DNA from: Candidatus Microgenomates bacterium
Lineage (GTDB): Bacteria > Patescibacteriota > Microgenomatia > UBA8517
DNA length: 64,000 bases
NCBI GenBank assembly: GCA_049519355.1
Contig: JBEKQV010000002.1
Span: 3,479 to 67,478 of the forward strand
Direction: 5' to 3'
The position numbers were made by a program, and so were the translations under genes. The notes under the pieces were generated by a model. That model was given only the letters and a program-made list of their open reading frames with translations. It made no database searches and had not been told where the DNA came from. Below are positions 11,251 to 21,331 of the stretch, piece after piece. Position 1 is the stretch's first letter. Each line of letters starts with the position of its first letter.

Positions 11251-12456
11251 ATGAAAAGGTTCAATTACAAAGCAAAGGACAAATTCGGAAAGCTCGTTGT
11301 TGGTGAAGTCGAGGCATCCAACCTAAATGACGCGGCGAGACTTGTTAAAGGGAAAGGCCTCTATGTAATTTCGATAAATTCAAAAATAGATTCTCCATTT
11401 GCCTTGATTCAGAGGTTCAGGGACAGGGTAACCCCATCCGATGTTGCCACTTTTACCCGGCAGCTTTCTACAATGATTAATGCAGGACTTCCAATTACCG
11501 AGGCTCTTTTAATTTTGAGAACTCAGTCAAAAGGATCGATGCAAAAAGTTGTAGCTCAAATTCTGGCCGATGTTGAAGCCGGTGAATCTTTTTCAAATTC
11601 CCTAAGCCGTCAGCCTAAACTTTTCGGCAAAACTTATATAGCTTTAGTAAAATCCGGAGAAGTCGGAGGAGTTCTGGATGCGGTGCTTCTCCGTTTGGCG
11701 GACAACCTTGAAAAGCAGGAGGAATTTGGAAGTCAGGTAAGAGGTGCATTAATTTATCCGACCATTATTATTGTCGGAATGATTATCGTAAGCATCGTGA
11801 TGATGATATTTGTAATTCCGCGGCTTTTGTCGCTTTATGCCGATTTTAATGCCACACTCCCCTTGCCCACACTTATTCTTATCGGCATTTCAAATTTCTT
11901 TATCAATTATTGGTTTATCGTTCTTATTCTTATTGGCGGGGGTTTATACGGTTTCAATTTGTATAGGGCAACTCCGATGGGAAGAAGAAAGATAGATGAG
12001 CTTATTTTTAAGATTCCTGTTTTCGGCAGTCTTCAGCGCCAGATTGTTTTGGCTGAACTTACACGCACGCTTTCTCTAATGGTTGGGGCGGGAGTGCCTA
12101 TTCTCGAAGCTTTAAATATAACCTCGGATGTTGTGGGTAATACCGTAATTTCCGATGCTCTTAAAGATTCTGCCATTCAGGTTGAAAAAGGATTCCCGAT
12201 TGCGTTTGCATTTTCCCGGCACCCCGAGGCATTTCCTTTTATTTTGAGCCAGATGGTGGCGGTTGGAGAAGAAACCGGAAAAATGGATGAAGTTTTGACT
12301 AAAATTAGCCATATTTTTGAAGTTCAAAGCGATGATGAAGTAAAAGGTTTAACTGCCGCAATTGAACCTATTGTAATGGTAATTCTAGGACTCGGAGTCG
12401 GTTTTTTGGTTATTGCCGTAATTCTCCCGATTTACAACCTTACAAGCCAACTTTAG
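11251..12456 (+). CDS. pilC: Type IV pilus platform protein (PilC/GspF)
   Basis: FTRQLSTMINAG, GEVGG, GEETG, three TM segments. Confidence 0.95.
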   Translation: MKRFNYKAKDKFGKLVVGEVEASNLNDAARLVKGKGLYVISINSKIDSPFALIQRFRDRVTPSDVATFTRQLSTMINAGLPITEALLILRTQSKGSMQKVVAQILADVEAGESFSNSLSRQPKLFGKTYIALVKSGEVGGVLDAVLLRLADNLEKQEEFGSQVRGALIYPTIIIVGMIIVSIVMMIFVIPRLLSLYADFNATLPLPTLILIGISNFFINYWFIVLILIGGGLYGFNLYRATPMGRRKIDELIFKIPVFGSLQRQIVLAELTRTLSLMVGAGVPILEALNITSDVVGNTVISDALKDSAIQVEKGFPIAFAFSRHPEAFPFILSQMVAVGEETGKMDEVLTKISHIFEVQSDDEVKGLTAAIEPIVMVILGLGVGFLVIAVILPIYNLTSQL

Positions 12457-12532
12457 ATGATTAATATCTTCGATACGGTGTATTTGTGACCACTTGACAA
12501 GTTTATTTTGAGGGGCGATACTTAAATACAGG

Positions 12533-13261
12533 ATGAAAAAGACTCTTGCCCAAGCATTTACGCTAGTAGAGCTTCTTATTGTTATTGCACTTCTCGGAGT
12601 TATTGCCACGATCGTTATTGCCGCTATTAACCCAATCGAGCAGGCCAATAAAGCCAGAGATGCCGGGATGAAAGCTGATGCGAGTCAACTGGAGTCGGCA
12701 ATTCAAAGGTATTATGCTTCTCAAAATGCATATCCATGGGAAGATTTCTGTAAGGTCAATACAAGTGATACCAATTGTGGATCAGGTAATGCTCTGGCGG
12801 CTGCCGATGCCGAGCTTCCTTTTACCTCAGCGGATAATGAAATTATAGGGCTTTGTGGATTGGGTTCCAATACAGGTGCTAGTTCTACCTGCCGAAGCAA
12901 TCCTACGCAGGGATTGTTGATTTCCTCACTTGAGTTACAGGTTGCTTTCTTGAGCAAGAGTTGGATTGGCGGAGTGGGTACCTCGAATCAGCTTTTGGTT
13001 GGTAAAGCAGGTGGAGCCTCGTCATCTGTTTACGTTTGCTGGGTCCCTCTTTCAACAGCAAACAGACAGGTTTTGGTTAACAGCAATAAGTCGGGTTCAA
13101 GCGTGGCCGATAAGTTAGTCGATCCGACGCTAGGTTTTTCAGATGCGGGTGTTCCGGTTCCGCCCTCGGGCACTACTGGAAATGATGCATGTGCTGTTTC
13201 ACCTTCCGATGCATCATGGGGACTTCCTATTGGTCATTGTGAAGAGTGCGTTCCGGAGTAA
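12533..13261 (+). CDS. Type IV pilin (candidate major pilin)
   Basis: A-FTLVEL class III signal; own TTGACA-17bp-GATACT promoter. Confidence 0.85.
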   Translation: MKKTLAQAFTLVELLIVIALLGVIATIVIAAINPIEQANKARDAGMKADASQLESAIQRYYASQNAYPWEDFCKVNTSDTNCGSGNALAAADAELPFTSADNEIIGLCGLGSNTGASSTCRSNPTQGLLISSLELQVAFLSKSWIGGVGTSNQLLVGKAGGASSSVYVCWVPLSTANRQVLVNSNKSGSSVADKLVDPTLGFSDAGVPVPPSGTTGNDACAVSPSDASWGLPIGHCEECVPE

Positions 13262-13267
13262 AGCTAA

Positions 13268-14020
13268 ATGATTCTTCAACAGCCTTTCCTCATTATCCTG
13301 GGTTTGATCTTTGGTTCCTTTGTTTCCGCTTTAACCTGGCGCTATCCCAAGAATATTTCCATTAAAAAAGGCCGGAGTGTTTGCCCTAATTGCAGAAAAC
13401 AAATTGCCTGGTTTGATAATATTCCTCTTTTTTCCTATATCTTTCTTGGAGGAAAATGCAGAAATTGTAAAAAAAGAATTTCCTTTAGATATCCTTTGAT
13501 AGAGGCAACTTCCGGAGCGTGTTTTTTAGTTATCGGAGTTTTCTTCCCGACCGACTATTTCAAGTTAATCTACGCACTTTTTATTTATTTAATTCTTATT
13601 TGCATTTTTGTCATTGATTTGGAAAACCAGTTCATTCCCGATTCATTTGTTTTTACGGGAATCGCCGCGACGGTAATATACTCTTTACTTAGCGGTGACT
13701 CAACAATTTTTTCAAGACTGCTTGTGGGTTTTGCTGCCGCTTCCCTTCTTCTCTTGGTTCATCTTCTGACGAAAGGACGCGGAATGGGACTTGGCGATGT
13801 TAAATTTGCGGTTCTTGGCGGATTTATCGTCGGATCGAGGTTTTTTTTGATTTGGCTGCTTTTGGCTTTCTTGACAGGCGCGATCGTCGGAACCATACTA
13901 ATTATGTTGAAGAAGGCACATCTGAAAAGCCAAATTGCATTCGGACCTTTTTTGGTTTTTGCGATTCCTTTAGTTTTACTATATGGCGAAAAAATACTTT
14001 TCTGGCTTAACATTGGTTGA
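13268..14020 (+). CDS. pilD: Prepilin peptidase
   Basis: CPNC/CRNC Zn motif, GMGLGDVK, FGPFL. Confidence 0.95.
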   Translation: MILQQPFLIILGLIFGSFVSALTWRYPKNISIKKGRSVCPNCRKQIAWFDNIPLFSYIFLGGKCRNCKKRISFRYPLIEATSGACFLVIGVFFPTDYFKLIYALFIYLILICIFVIDLENQFIPDSFVFTGIAATVIYSLLSGDSTIFSRLLVGFAAASLLLLVHLLTKGRGMGLGDVKFAVLGGFIVGSRFFLIWLLLAFLTGAIVGTILIMLKKAHLKSQIAFGPFLVFAIPLVLLYGEKILFWLNIG

Positions 14021-14633
14021 ACTGTTAATCGTTTTGGCAATTCTTGCACTTTTGGCCGGAATTATTCTTGTGGCATTCAGCAGCCAAATTTTTAAAGCCA
14101 ATGATGCCAAACGTAAAGGTGATATAGATAGAATAAAAATAGCCGTCGAAGAATATGAAAAAGATCACAACTGCTATCCTCAAAATGTCGACTGTAAACC
14201 GGGGACTTCTCTTCAGCCTTACTTAGATAAAATACCCTGCGATCCGATTACGGGTGCTTCTTATGTTTACGTTCCGGAAAACACTTCTTGTCCAACCTGG
14301 TATAGAATTTATTCGATTTTACAAAATACCAAAGATTCTTCGGTAACAGCTGGAGTTGGACCAATGGGAGCATTCAATTATATGCAGGGTGGCGGGTATG
14401 CGCAGAATCTAGCTACTCCTTCGCCGACACCTAGTGGAGTTAGTTCTTCGACAAGCCCGACTCTCCCATCCTCCGGTTTTTATGGATGTAAAAGTGGAGT
14501 TTGTTCACCGATTTTGTGGGACCCGAAGCGTCCGGGTCCTGAATGTGATCCCAATTGGCAGGATCCGGCTTGCCAAACCCAATGTGTAGATGGTCAGGGC
14601 AAACCGATTAATGAGTGTGAGTCGTGGGATTAA
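13983..14633 (+). CDS. Type IV pilin-like protein with Cys-rich tail
   Basis: G-LTLVEL, ANDAKRKGD. Confidence 0.85.
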   Translation: MAKKYFSGLTLVELLIVLAILALLAGIILVAFSSQIFKANDAKRKGDIDRIKIAVEEYEKDHNCYPQNVDCKPGTSLQPYLDKIPCDPITGASYVYVPENTSCPTWYRIYSILQNTKDSSVTAGVGPMGAFNYMQGGGYAQNLATPSPTPSGVSSSTSPTLPSSGFYGCKSGVCSPILWDPKRPGPECDPNWQDPACQTQCVDGQGKPINECESWD

Positions 14634-14635
14634 TT

Positions 14636-15226
14636 ATGAAGAAATTTACAAGAATCGAATTAATATCATTGTCCGTAATTTTTCTTATTCTTATTGCGGT
14701 TGCAGTACCAAACTTTATTCTAAGTTTGAGAAGGGCTCGGGATCAAACCCGGAGGGATGATATGGGAGCGCTGAATCATGCATTTGACGAATATCTTGCT
14801 GATAATAATAGCGGATTGCCGTTAGCCTCTCCTGACGGACGTATTATTGATTGTCTGCCGTCTGGTGTTAATCCGGTCAAAAACAAATTAGGGTCGTGGA
14901 CTTATACTCCTATTGCTTGTAATTGGGGGAAAGATGCCTTTGCCAATTTAGTAACGGGAAGAATTTATATGTCTACTCTCCCGCAGGATCCGGATTCTAA
15001 AAAAGGTGTCAATTATCTCTATTTTTCTGACGGTAACCGCTACCAAATTTATGCCTCAATGGAAGGATCGGATGAGCCCGAAGTTGATCCAAAGATTATA
15101 GCTTTGGGTCTTAAGTGCGGGAATCGTATTTGCAACGTCGGCCGGTCTTATAATGTACCTATAGACATGTCGATACAAGCATATGATGCGTTATTATTAC
15201 TACAACAACAGCAAAAACAAAAGTAA
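14636..15226 (+). CDS. Pilin-like protein with degenerate cleavage site
   Basis: K-FTRIEL, ARDQTRRDD. Confidence 0.75.
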   Translation: MKKFTRIELISLSVIFLILIAVAVPNFILSLRRARDQTRRDDMGALNHAFDEYLADNNSGLPLASPDGRIIDCLPSGVNPVKNKLGSWTYTPIACNWGKDAFANLVTGRIYMSTLPQDPDSKKGVNYLYFSDGNRYQIYASMEGSDEPEVDPKIIALGLKCGNRICNVGRSYNVPIDMSIQAYDALLLLQQQQKQK

Positions 15227-15785
15227 ACCTTTAAGCGTTGGGTTTACCTTGGTAGAACTTTTGGTAGTTATCACTATCCTTGGGGTGCTGGCAACAATAG
15301 GTCTGGTTTCTTTCGCCAGCGCTCAAGCCAGAGGTCGGGACGCACAAAGGAAATCGGATTTAAAGCAAATTGCATCGTCTTTGGAACTATATTATTCCGA
15401 TTACGGAAAGTATCCGAATTCGGATAACGGCAAGATTCAGGGTTGTCCGTCGACTTCCAATACGGATTGCGAATGGGGCGTGGCCGGAAGTAAATCAGAC
15501 TTTACGGATTTAAGAACTACTTACTTTGCTTCTTTGCCAAAAGACCCGTCGTCTGATCAAAATTATTATTATCTTCCGGTAACTGTGGGTTCAGTTAACC
15601 AAGGCTTCCAGCTTTATGCAAGGCTGGAAAATTCGCAAGATTTGAATTGTCTACCGGGTGTGGAAGGTACACCGAGTTGTTCTAGTCCAGTCGGTATTCC
15701 AACTGGAGTTACTTGTGGATTAGGTCCTTGTAATTTTTCGGTAACGAGTTCAAACATAACTCCAACCTCAACTCCGGCGCCCTGA
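15183..15785 (+). CDS. Type IV pilin (GspG-like)
   Basis: GFTLVEL, GRDAQRKSDL. Confidence 0.88.
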   Translation: MMRYYYYNNSKNKSKPLSVGFTLVELLVVITILGVLATIGLVSFASAQARGRDAQRKSDLKQIASSLELYYSDYGKYPNSDNGKIQGCPSTSNTDCEWGVAGSKSDFTDLRTTYFASLPKDPSSDQNYYYLPVTVGSVNQGFQLYARLENSQDLNCLPGVEGTPSCSSPVGIPTGVTCGLGPCNFSVTSSNITPTSTPAP

Positions 15786-15838
15786 AAGCTGGGTTCTGGC
15801 CTTCAGAAATACGTTGTAGTATTATTGTATATATAACC

Positions 15839-16318
15839 ATGTCTGCCCGTTTTATTAAGTACGGTTTTACTTTAATTGAACTCCTCGTTGTTATATCGAT
15901 TATCGGAATTTTGGCAACTTTGGTTGTTGCTAACCTGAGCTCTGCCAGAAGTAGAGCCAGGGATGCCGAAAGAAAGTCCGATCTTAAAAATATCCAAACT
16001 GCTTTGAGACTTTATTACAACGACTACAATGGGTACCCCAAAAGCGATAGCCAGGGGGATATTGACGGATGTGGAACCGCCGGTATAACAGCCTGTGCAT
16101 GGGGAAGTTCGTGGACAGCAGGCAGCGGACCAACGGTTTATATGAATACTCTCCCCCAGGATCCGCTTTCAACCTCCGGGCGAAGTTATTTCTATCAAAT
16201 AGGGTCCGACACAGATTCTTATACTCTTTCCGCTTGTCTGGAAAATACCAGTGATGCCAGCGGGGTAAATGCCAGTGTTAACGGAACTGCTTGCTGGGCG
16301 TTTCAGGTATCACAATAA
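15839..16318 (+). CDS. Type IV pilin (GspG-like)
   Basis: GFTLIEL, ARDAERKSDL. Confidence 0.88.
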   Translation: MSARFIKYGFTLIELLVVISIIGILATLVVANLSSARSRARDAERKSDLKNIQTALRLYYNDYNGYPKSDSQGDIDGCGTAGITACAWGSSWTAGSGPTVYMNTLPQDPLSTSGRSYFYQIGSDTDSYTLSACLENTSDASGVNASVNGTACWAFQVSQ

Positions 16319-16320
16319 CT

Positions 16321-16827
16321 ATGAAATTCAAAAAAGGTTTTATAACAATAGTTGGATTTACCCTAATTGAACTTTTGGTTGTAATCTCGATAATAGGAAT
16401 TCTGGCAGCTCTGGTAACAGTTTCTTTTACCGCAAGTCAGCGGCAGGCCCGGGATACCGAAAGAAAATCAGACCTCAGCCAGTATAGGACTTCCTTAGAA
16501 ATTTACGCGAATAAAAATAATGGTCTTTATCCTTCCAGACCGGATTCAGGAGGAGTATCTGCTTCACTGGATCTTTGTACGGATTTGGGTTCGACTGGTT
16601 GCCCGGTGGACCCGAAAAACAGCTCGGATTCTTCATTTGATTATAAGTATCAATCTAATGGTAATGTTTCGGACGGAACCGCTACCGCATCAGATTATGT
16701 CCTTTGGGCAAAACTGGAAAATGTCTCCAATACTTATTGGGTTGTCTGTTCGGGTGGTCAGTCGGGGAAAATTAGTTCATCAACAACTTTTAGCAACGGC
16801 GCTTGCCCGTCGGGACTGACGCCATAA
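16321..16827 (+). CDS. Type IV pilin (GspG-like)
   Basis: GFTLIEL, ARDTERKSDL. Confidence 0.88.
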   Translation: MKFKKGFITIVGFTLIELLVVISIIGILAALVTVSFTASQRQARDTERKSDLSQYRTSLEIYANKNNGLYPSRPDSGGVSASLDLCTDLGSTGCPVDPKNSSDSSFDYKYQSNGNVSDGTATASDYVLWAKLENVSNTYWVVCSGGQSGKISSSTTFSNGACPSGLTP

Positions 16828-16845
16828 ACTGAGTTTGGCAAAATT

Positions 16846-17322
16846 ATGAATTTTGTGAAAAAAGGTTTTACATTGATCGAACTCTTGGTTGTTATTTCAA
16901 TAATAGGCATACTTATCGGTCTTTCGGTATTTGGCTTACAGGGTGCAAGGCAATCATCGCGCGACGCAAAAAGAAAAACTGATTTGGAACTTATTAGGAG
17001 CGGATTGGAAATTTATAAATCCGATTGTGATACTTATCCCACTTCTTTAGGTCTTCCCGGCACTTCACTTATTGGAACAGGAGCTGAAGGAACACCTTGT
17101 TCGAGTTCGAATACTTATATATCTCAGATTCCGGCAGATCCCTCGTCCGGAGCTTATGCATATACTCCTATTTCAACCGACGAAGGCTTGACCTATACAA
17201 AATATTACCTGTGTGCTTCTTTGGAGCAAACGCCTTCCCCCACACCGGATCCTGATATCTTAGGAAACTGCGGTAGTTGTGGAAGTACTTCAACCTGCAA
17301 TTACGTAGTTACAAATCCATGA
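16846..17322 (+). CDS. Type IV pilin (GspG-like)
   Basis: GFTLIEL, SRDAKRKTDL. Confidence 0.88.
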   Translation: MNFVKKGFTLIELLVVISIIGILIGLSVFGLQGARQSSRDAKRKTDLELIRSGLEIYKSDCDTYPTSLGLPGTSLIGTGAEGTPCSSSNTYISQIPADPSSGAYAYTPISTDEGLTYTKYYLCASLEQTPSPTPDPDILGNCGSCGSTSTCNYVVTNP

Positions 17323-17825
17323 AAGGATATACTTTAATAGAAATATTGGTTAGTCTTACTATTGTTGGACTGCTTTTTAGCTTCGGTTATATAAGTTTTA
17401 GAGATTATTCAAGGCGCCAGACGGTTGCAGGAGTCGTAAAAGAAATTCAGGGAGATCTAAGGCTTGCCCAAGAAGATGCACTTGCGGGACAGCTTCCGTC
17501 AAGTACGGATGATCCAAAAGGGTTTTGCAGCGGTACAAACAGTTTAAACGGCTATTATTTTGATATCATTTCAACCTCAGAATACGACCTTGAGGCAGTT
17601 TGTACGGGCGGAACCGTTTCGACAATTTTTGGAGAAAATCCTGCAAAACAGGTAACAATGCCTTCAGATGTTTTAATTTCCGCTACCGATAATCCCATTT
17701 TATTTAAAATTCTGGGTCAGGGAACAAATATTCCGAACGGTCAAAACGCTGAAATTGATCTTTCTCAGGTGGGAACGACAAATAAAGGAGTAGTTTTGGT
17801 TGGTTCCGGGGGAGAAATACATTAA
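17319..17825 (+). CDS. Minor pilin (FimT/GspH-like)
   Basis: GYTLIEI, DLRLAQEDA, ends GEIH. Confidence 0.8.
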   Translation: MKGYTLIEILVSLTIVGLLFSFGYISFRDYSRRQTVAGVVKEIQGDLRLAQEDALAGQLPSSTDDPKGFCSGTNSLNGYYFDIISTSEYDLEAVCTGGTVSTIFGENPAKQVTMPSDVLISATDNPILFKILGQGTNIPNGQNAEIDLSQVGTTNKGVVLVGSGGEIH

Positions 17826-18271
17826 TGACAGATTCAGGACAAAGTTTATTTGAAGTGGTTGTAGCGATAGCGATAAGTGCGCTAATTATTGTTGCCTTGG
17901 TTTCCGTAACCAGTAATTCCATTCAAAACTCATCCTTTTCCAAAAACAAATCTCTTGCCGCGACCTATGCCGAGCAGGCGTCGGAATGGTTGAGAGGGCA
18001 AAGAGACAATAACACCGATACTTTTGTAGCCTATGCGACAAGAGGCACCTTTTGTCTACCCGATTCCCCACTTACCGACAACTCCTGGTTACTTAACCGC
18101 CCTTGTAATTCCAATGATGTCATTGCAGGAACTCTTTTTAGGCGCTGGGTGTCTCTTTCGGCCGGTGTCCAAAACGGTAAGGATGTTGTTATGGCCGATG
18201 TTACGGTTGAATGGCAGGACTCCGGCGGGCTACATCAAATTGTTGACTCGACAACACTTTCGCAAAGATGA
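17825..18271 (+). CDS. Minor pilin (PilV-like)
   Basis: GQSLFEV, VTVEW. Confidence 0.8.
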   Translation: MTDSGQSLFEVVVAIAISALIIVALVSVTSNSIQNSSFSKNKSLAATYAEQASEWLRGQRDNNTDTFVAYATRGTFCLPDSPLTDNSWLLNRPCNSNDVIAGTLFRRWVSLSAGVQNGKDVVMADVTVEWQDSGGLHQIVDSTTLSQR

Positions 18272-18783
18272 AGAAATATAAATCAAAAAATTATTCCGGT
18301 TTTACCCTCTTGGAAATATTAGTTGTTGTGTCTATTTTTGCAGTTCTGGGAATTCTTGTGACCAGGAGCGTTATATTAACTTTGCAGGGAACTCAAAAGA
18401 CAGAGTCTTTGATTCGGGCAAGAGAAAATTTGGATTACTCCTTGAATATAATTGAGAGAGGTTTAAGGGGGGCAAGTTCTATTCCCGGTTGTGCTACCAA
18501 TTTAGATACTTCCACGATTGGTTATTTGGACCAGGACGGACAGCCGGCGTCTTTTTCCTGTATCAACTCCAACGGTGAATCGTATATTGCTTCGGGCTCA
18601 TCCAACATTCGGCTTACAACGGATTCGGTTAGAATACTGGATTGTTCATTTTTATGTACTCCTTCGAGCGCGGCTAGTCCGCCTTATGTTTCAATTAATC
18701 TAACCGTACAAGATGCCAGTGCCTCAGGAATTCCCGGCACGGAGGTAACCGCACAAACTCAGATTTACCTTCGGAATTATTAA
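18268..18783 (+). CDS. Minor pilin (PilW-like)
   Basis: GFTLLEI, ends LRNY. Confidence 0.8.
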   Translation: MKKYKSKNYSGFTLLEILVVVSIFAVLGILVTRSVILTLQGTQKTESLIRARENLDYSLNIIERGLRGASSIPGCATNLDTSTIGYLDQDGQPASFSCINSNGESYIASGSSNIRLTTDSVRILDCSFLCTPSSAASPPYVSINLTVQDASASGIPGTEVTAQTQIYLRNY

Positions 18784-18819
18784 ATTGCAATTACTTAAAC
18801 GCATTGCTAAACTGGATTT

Positions 18820-19710
18820 ATGACACGTAAGCAAGAATCCGGGCAGGCTCTTGTTCTTGTACTTCTTTCACTTGCAGTTGTTTTGACTCTGGTTCTTTTT
18901 ATTCTTGCCCGTTCCGTAACCGATGTGGCAGTTTCAACCAGCCAGGAAGATTCCGTAAGGGCATTTTCGGCGGCGGAAGCGGGAATTGAAAATGCACTGG
19001 TAATCGGAAAGGAAGGATCTGCAAATGGTTCGAACTATACCGCCAATGTTTCAGGTTATTCGGAAGGATCCAGCGATTTTCCTTACCCCGCTCCACTTTT
19101 ATCCGGAGATTCCGCAACCACATGGTTTGTAGCACATGATCCAACGAGTGAGAATATTGTTTGCGACCAGACTCACCCATGTTTTTCGGGAAGCTTTATG
19201 AAAGTCTGTTGGGGAAACGTAGGAACGTATCCCAACCCGCAATTTATTCCGGCAATTGAGGTGAGCGTCTATTATGAAACATCTCCGGGTGATGCCTCGA
19301 CAGCCCAAATTGCCCGAGCGGTTTTTGATCCGAACTCGGCCAGACTTTCTTCAAACTCTTTCGCCTCGCCGGATCCTGGAACGTGTCAAATTGGAGGCAC
19401 GAATTACGAATTTCAGAAGACTATACAATTTGGTTCGACGGGTCTTAACATCCCCGATACTTCGTACAACTTTTCAAATGGTCTTCTTTTTGCCAGGATA
19501 CGTATGTTTTATAACACTGACGTAGGTCAACCACTTGGCACTACGGTTTCCGGTAATTCATCTCCCCTACCGGCACAGGGAGAAGGTATCGTTTCTACCG
19601 GTACTGCCGGCAGCAGCAATAGACGCATCGACGTTTTTCAAAGCTGGCCTGAATCACCTTTTGGCGGAGACGCCTTAACGTCAGGACCCTCACTTGGTAT
19701 TAGTCAGTAA
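18820..19710 (+). CDS. Minor pilin (PilX-like)
   Basis: GQALV without Glu5, AFSAAEAGIE. Confidence 0.8.
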   Translation: MTRKQESGQALVLVLLSLAVVLTLVLFILARSVTDVAVSTSQEDSVRAFSAAEAGIENALVIGKEGSANGSNYTANVSGYSEGSSDFPYPAPLLSGDSATTWFVAHDPTSENIVCDQTHPCFSGSFMKVCWGNVGTYPNPQFIPAIEVSVYYETSPGDASTAQIARAVFDPNSARLSSNSFASPDPGTCQIGGTNYEFQKTIQFGSTGLNIPDTSYNFSNGLLFARIRMFYNTDVGQPLGTTVSGNSSPLPAQGEGIVSTGTAGSSNRRIDVFQSWPESPFGGDALTSGPSLGISQ

Positions 19711-19777
19711 GCCTGCGCCCGTGCTTCATTTATTGACGGTTTAGCGCGGATGTTGTTAAATGAATGTATATACTGCC

Positions 19778-20788
19778 ATGGTTGGAATTGATATCGGAAG
19801 TAGGACAATCAAAATAGTTGAGCTTGAGAAAGATGGAGCAAGTTTTTCACTTGCTGCTTCAGGAATTGTAGGTTATTCAGGTACAACCGTGGACAAAATG
19901 ACTGACGATAAAGAGGTCGCTTCATTGGGCCAGATTATTAGAAAGTTGCACACGGAAGCTGGAGTTTCTTCAAAGGATGTTATAATTTCGATCCCGGAGC
20001 CCCTTGTCTTTACCCGCACAATTAAGTTCCCGCTTCTCACCGATTCCGAAATTGCCTCCGCCGTAAAGTGGGAGTCCGAGCAATACATTCCGATTCCTAT
20101 AAACGAGGCTGTGATTCAGCATACTATTTTATCAAGGAATGAAAAAGCTTCTCCGCCGGAAGTGCTGGTTCTTTTAGTTGCCGCACCAAAGGCGATTGTC
20201 GAAAAATACACAAAAGTAATTCAGGCAGCGGGGTTATCCACACTTGCGGTTGAAACGGAGCTGATTGCACTTACAAGGGCTCTTGCCCCTGTTGATAAAA
20301 CGGTACTTTTAGTTGATCTTGGTGCGACTTCCACAAACATAGCCATTTCGAAACTTGGGCTTTTGTCTTTTTCAAGATCAATCCCTATCGCCGGTGAGGC
20401 CTTTACACGGGCAGTTTCACAGGGTCTTGGTGTTAATGCCCAACAGGCTGAAGAATACAAAAAAACCTACGGCCTTTCCCAGGGACAGCTCGAGGGTAAG
20501 GTTAAGGGTGTGCTGGATCCCGTTCTTAGACTTGTTGTCGACGAAATAAAGAAGGCGGTCAGTTATTATCTGACCGAGGAAAAAGGTGAAACTCCGAGTG
20601 CACTTATTGTAACGGGTGGAACGAGTGGCATGCCTGATATTATTTCCATGCTGACGGAACTTTTGGGTATGGAAGTTCTTGTCGGAAATCCATTTGCAAG
20701 AATTAAACTTGATCCTGAGACAGCCAAAAAACTGGCGCCTTATGCACCTCTTTACAGCGTTGCTGTAGGGCTGGCCCTGAGAGAATAA
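19778..20788 (+). CDS. pilM: Type IV pilus assembly protein PilM
   Basis: GIDIGS, VDLGA, VTGG, AVGLALR actin-like fold. Confidence 0.93.
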   Translation: MVGIDIGSRTIKIVELEKDGASFSLAASGIVGYSGTTVDKMTDDKEVASLGQIIRKLHTEAGVSSKDVIISIPEPLVFTRTIKFPLLTDSEIASAVKWESEQYIPIPINEAVIQHTILSRNEKASPPEVLVLLVAAPKAIVEKYTKVIQAAGLSTLAVETELIALTRALAPVDKTVLLVDLGATSTNIAISKLGLLSFSRSIPIAGEAFTRAVSQGLGVNAQQAEEYKKTYGLSQGQLEGKVKGVLDPVLRLVVDEIKKAVSYYLTEEKGETPSALIVTGGTSGMPDIISMLTELLGMEVLVGNPFARIKLDPETAKKLAPYAPLYSVAVGLALRE

Positions 20789-20791
20789 TGT

Positions 20792-21328
20792 ATGCCAGAC
20801 AATCTTAACCTTTTACCGCCTGAACTTGCCGTTAGTAAGAGCCTTGCCGGCGTTTTGAAAACCTTGAGAGCGCTTAGTGTGATCATGGTGGTACTATTTC
20901 TTCTGTTTTCGGCAGGACTGGGTGGTTTTTTTGTCATAAATAATATTTCACTAAACAGCCTTAATCAAAATGTTTCTCAGCTTGAAAATCAAATTTCCGC
21001 TCAGGAAACGAGTGAACAGCAGATAGTAGTTCTAAAGGATAGGGTTACCAAAATAGAACAAGCAAAATCTTCACCAAGTGCACTAAAAACCATTACCGAC
21101 GTTAATTCGGTTTTAGCGAATTTGTCCGCGGGTACCTCTGTTAGCCAATTTAATGCCAACCCTACTAAGGCTGACCTTTCAATGAGTTTTACGACAAATG
21201 CGGACCTGGAATCTTTTATCCAAAGTTTCTCGGGAAGCTCACTGCCGTTTGGCTCGGCTGTTCTTACTTCTTTTGGTTATAGTCCGTCGTCAGGTTACCA
21301 GGTTGGAGTGAGCCTTACTGAAAAATGA
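20792..21328 (+). CDS. pilN: PilN-like protein
   Basis: LNLLP motif, TM, coiled coil, follows pilM. Confidence 0.75.
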   Translation: MPDNLNLLPPELAVSKSLAGVLKTLRALSVIMVVLFLLFSAGLGGFFVINNISLNSLNQNVSQLENQISAQETSEQQIVVLKDRVTKIEQAKSSPSALKTITDVNSVLANLSAGTSVSQFNANPTKADLSMSFTTNADLESFIQSFSGSSLPFGSAVLTSFGYSPSSGYQVGVSLTEK

Positions 21329-21331
21329 TAT

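Noticed and set aside
15240-16910. Repeated DNA at pilin 5' ends as recombination cassettes
   Set aside because: Explained by the conserved N-terminal pilin helix; codons diverge and each gene is complete
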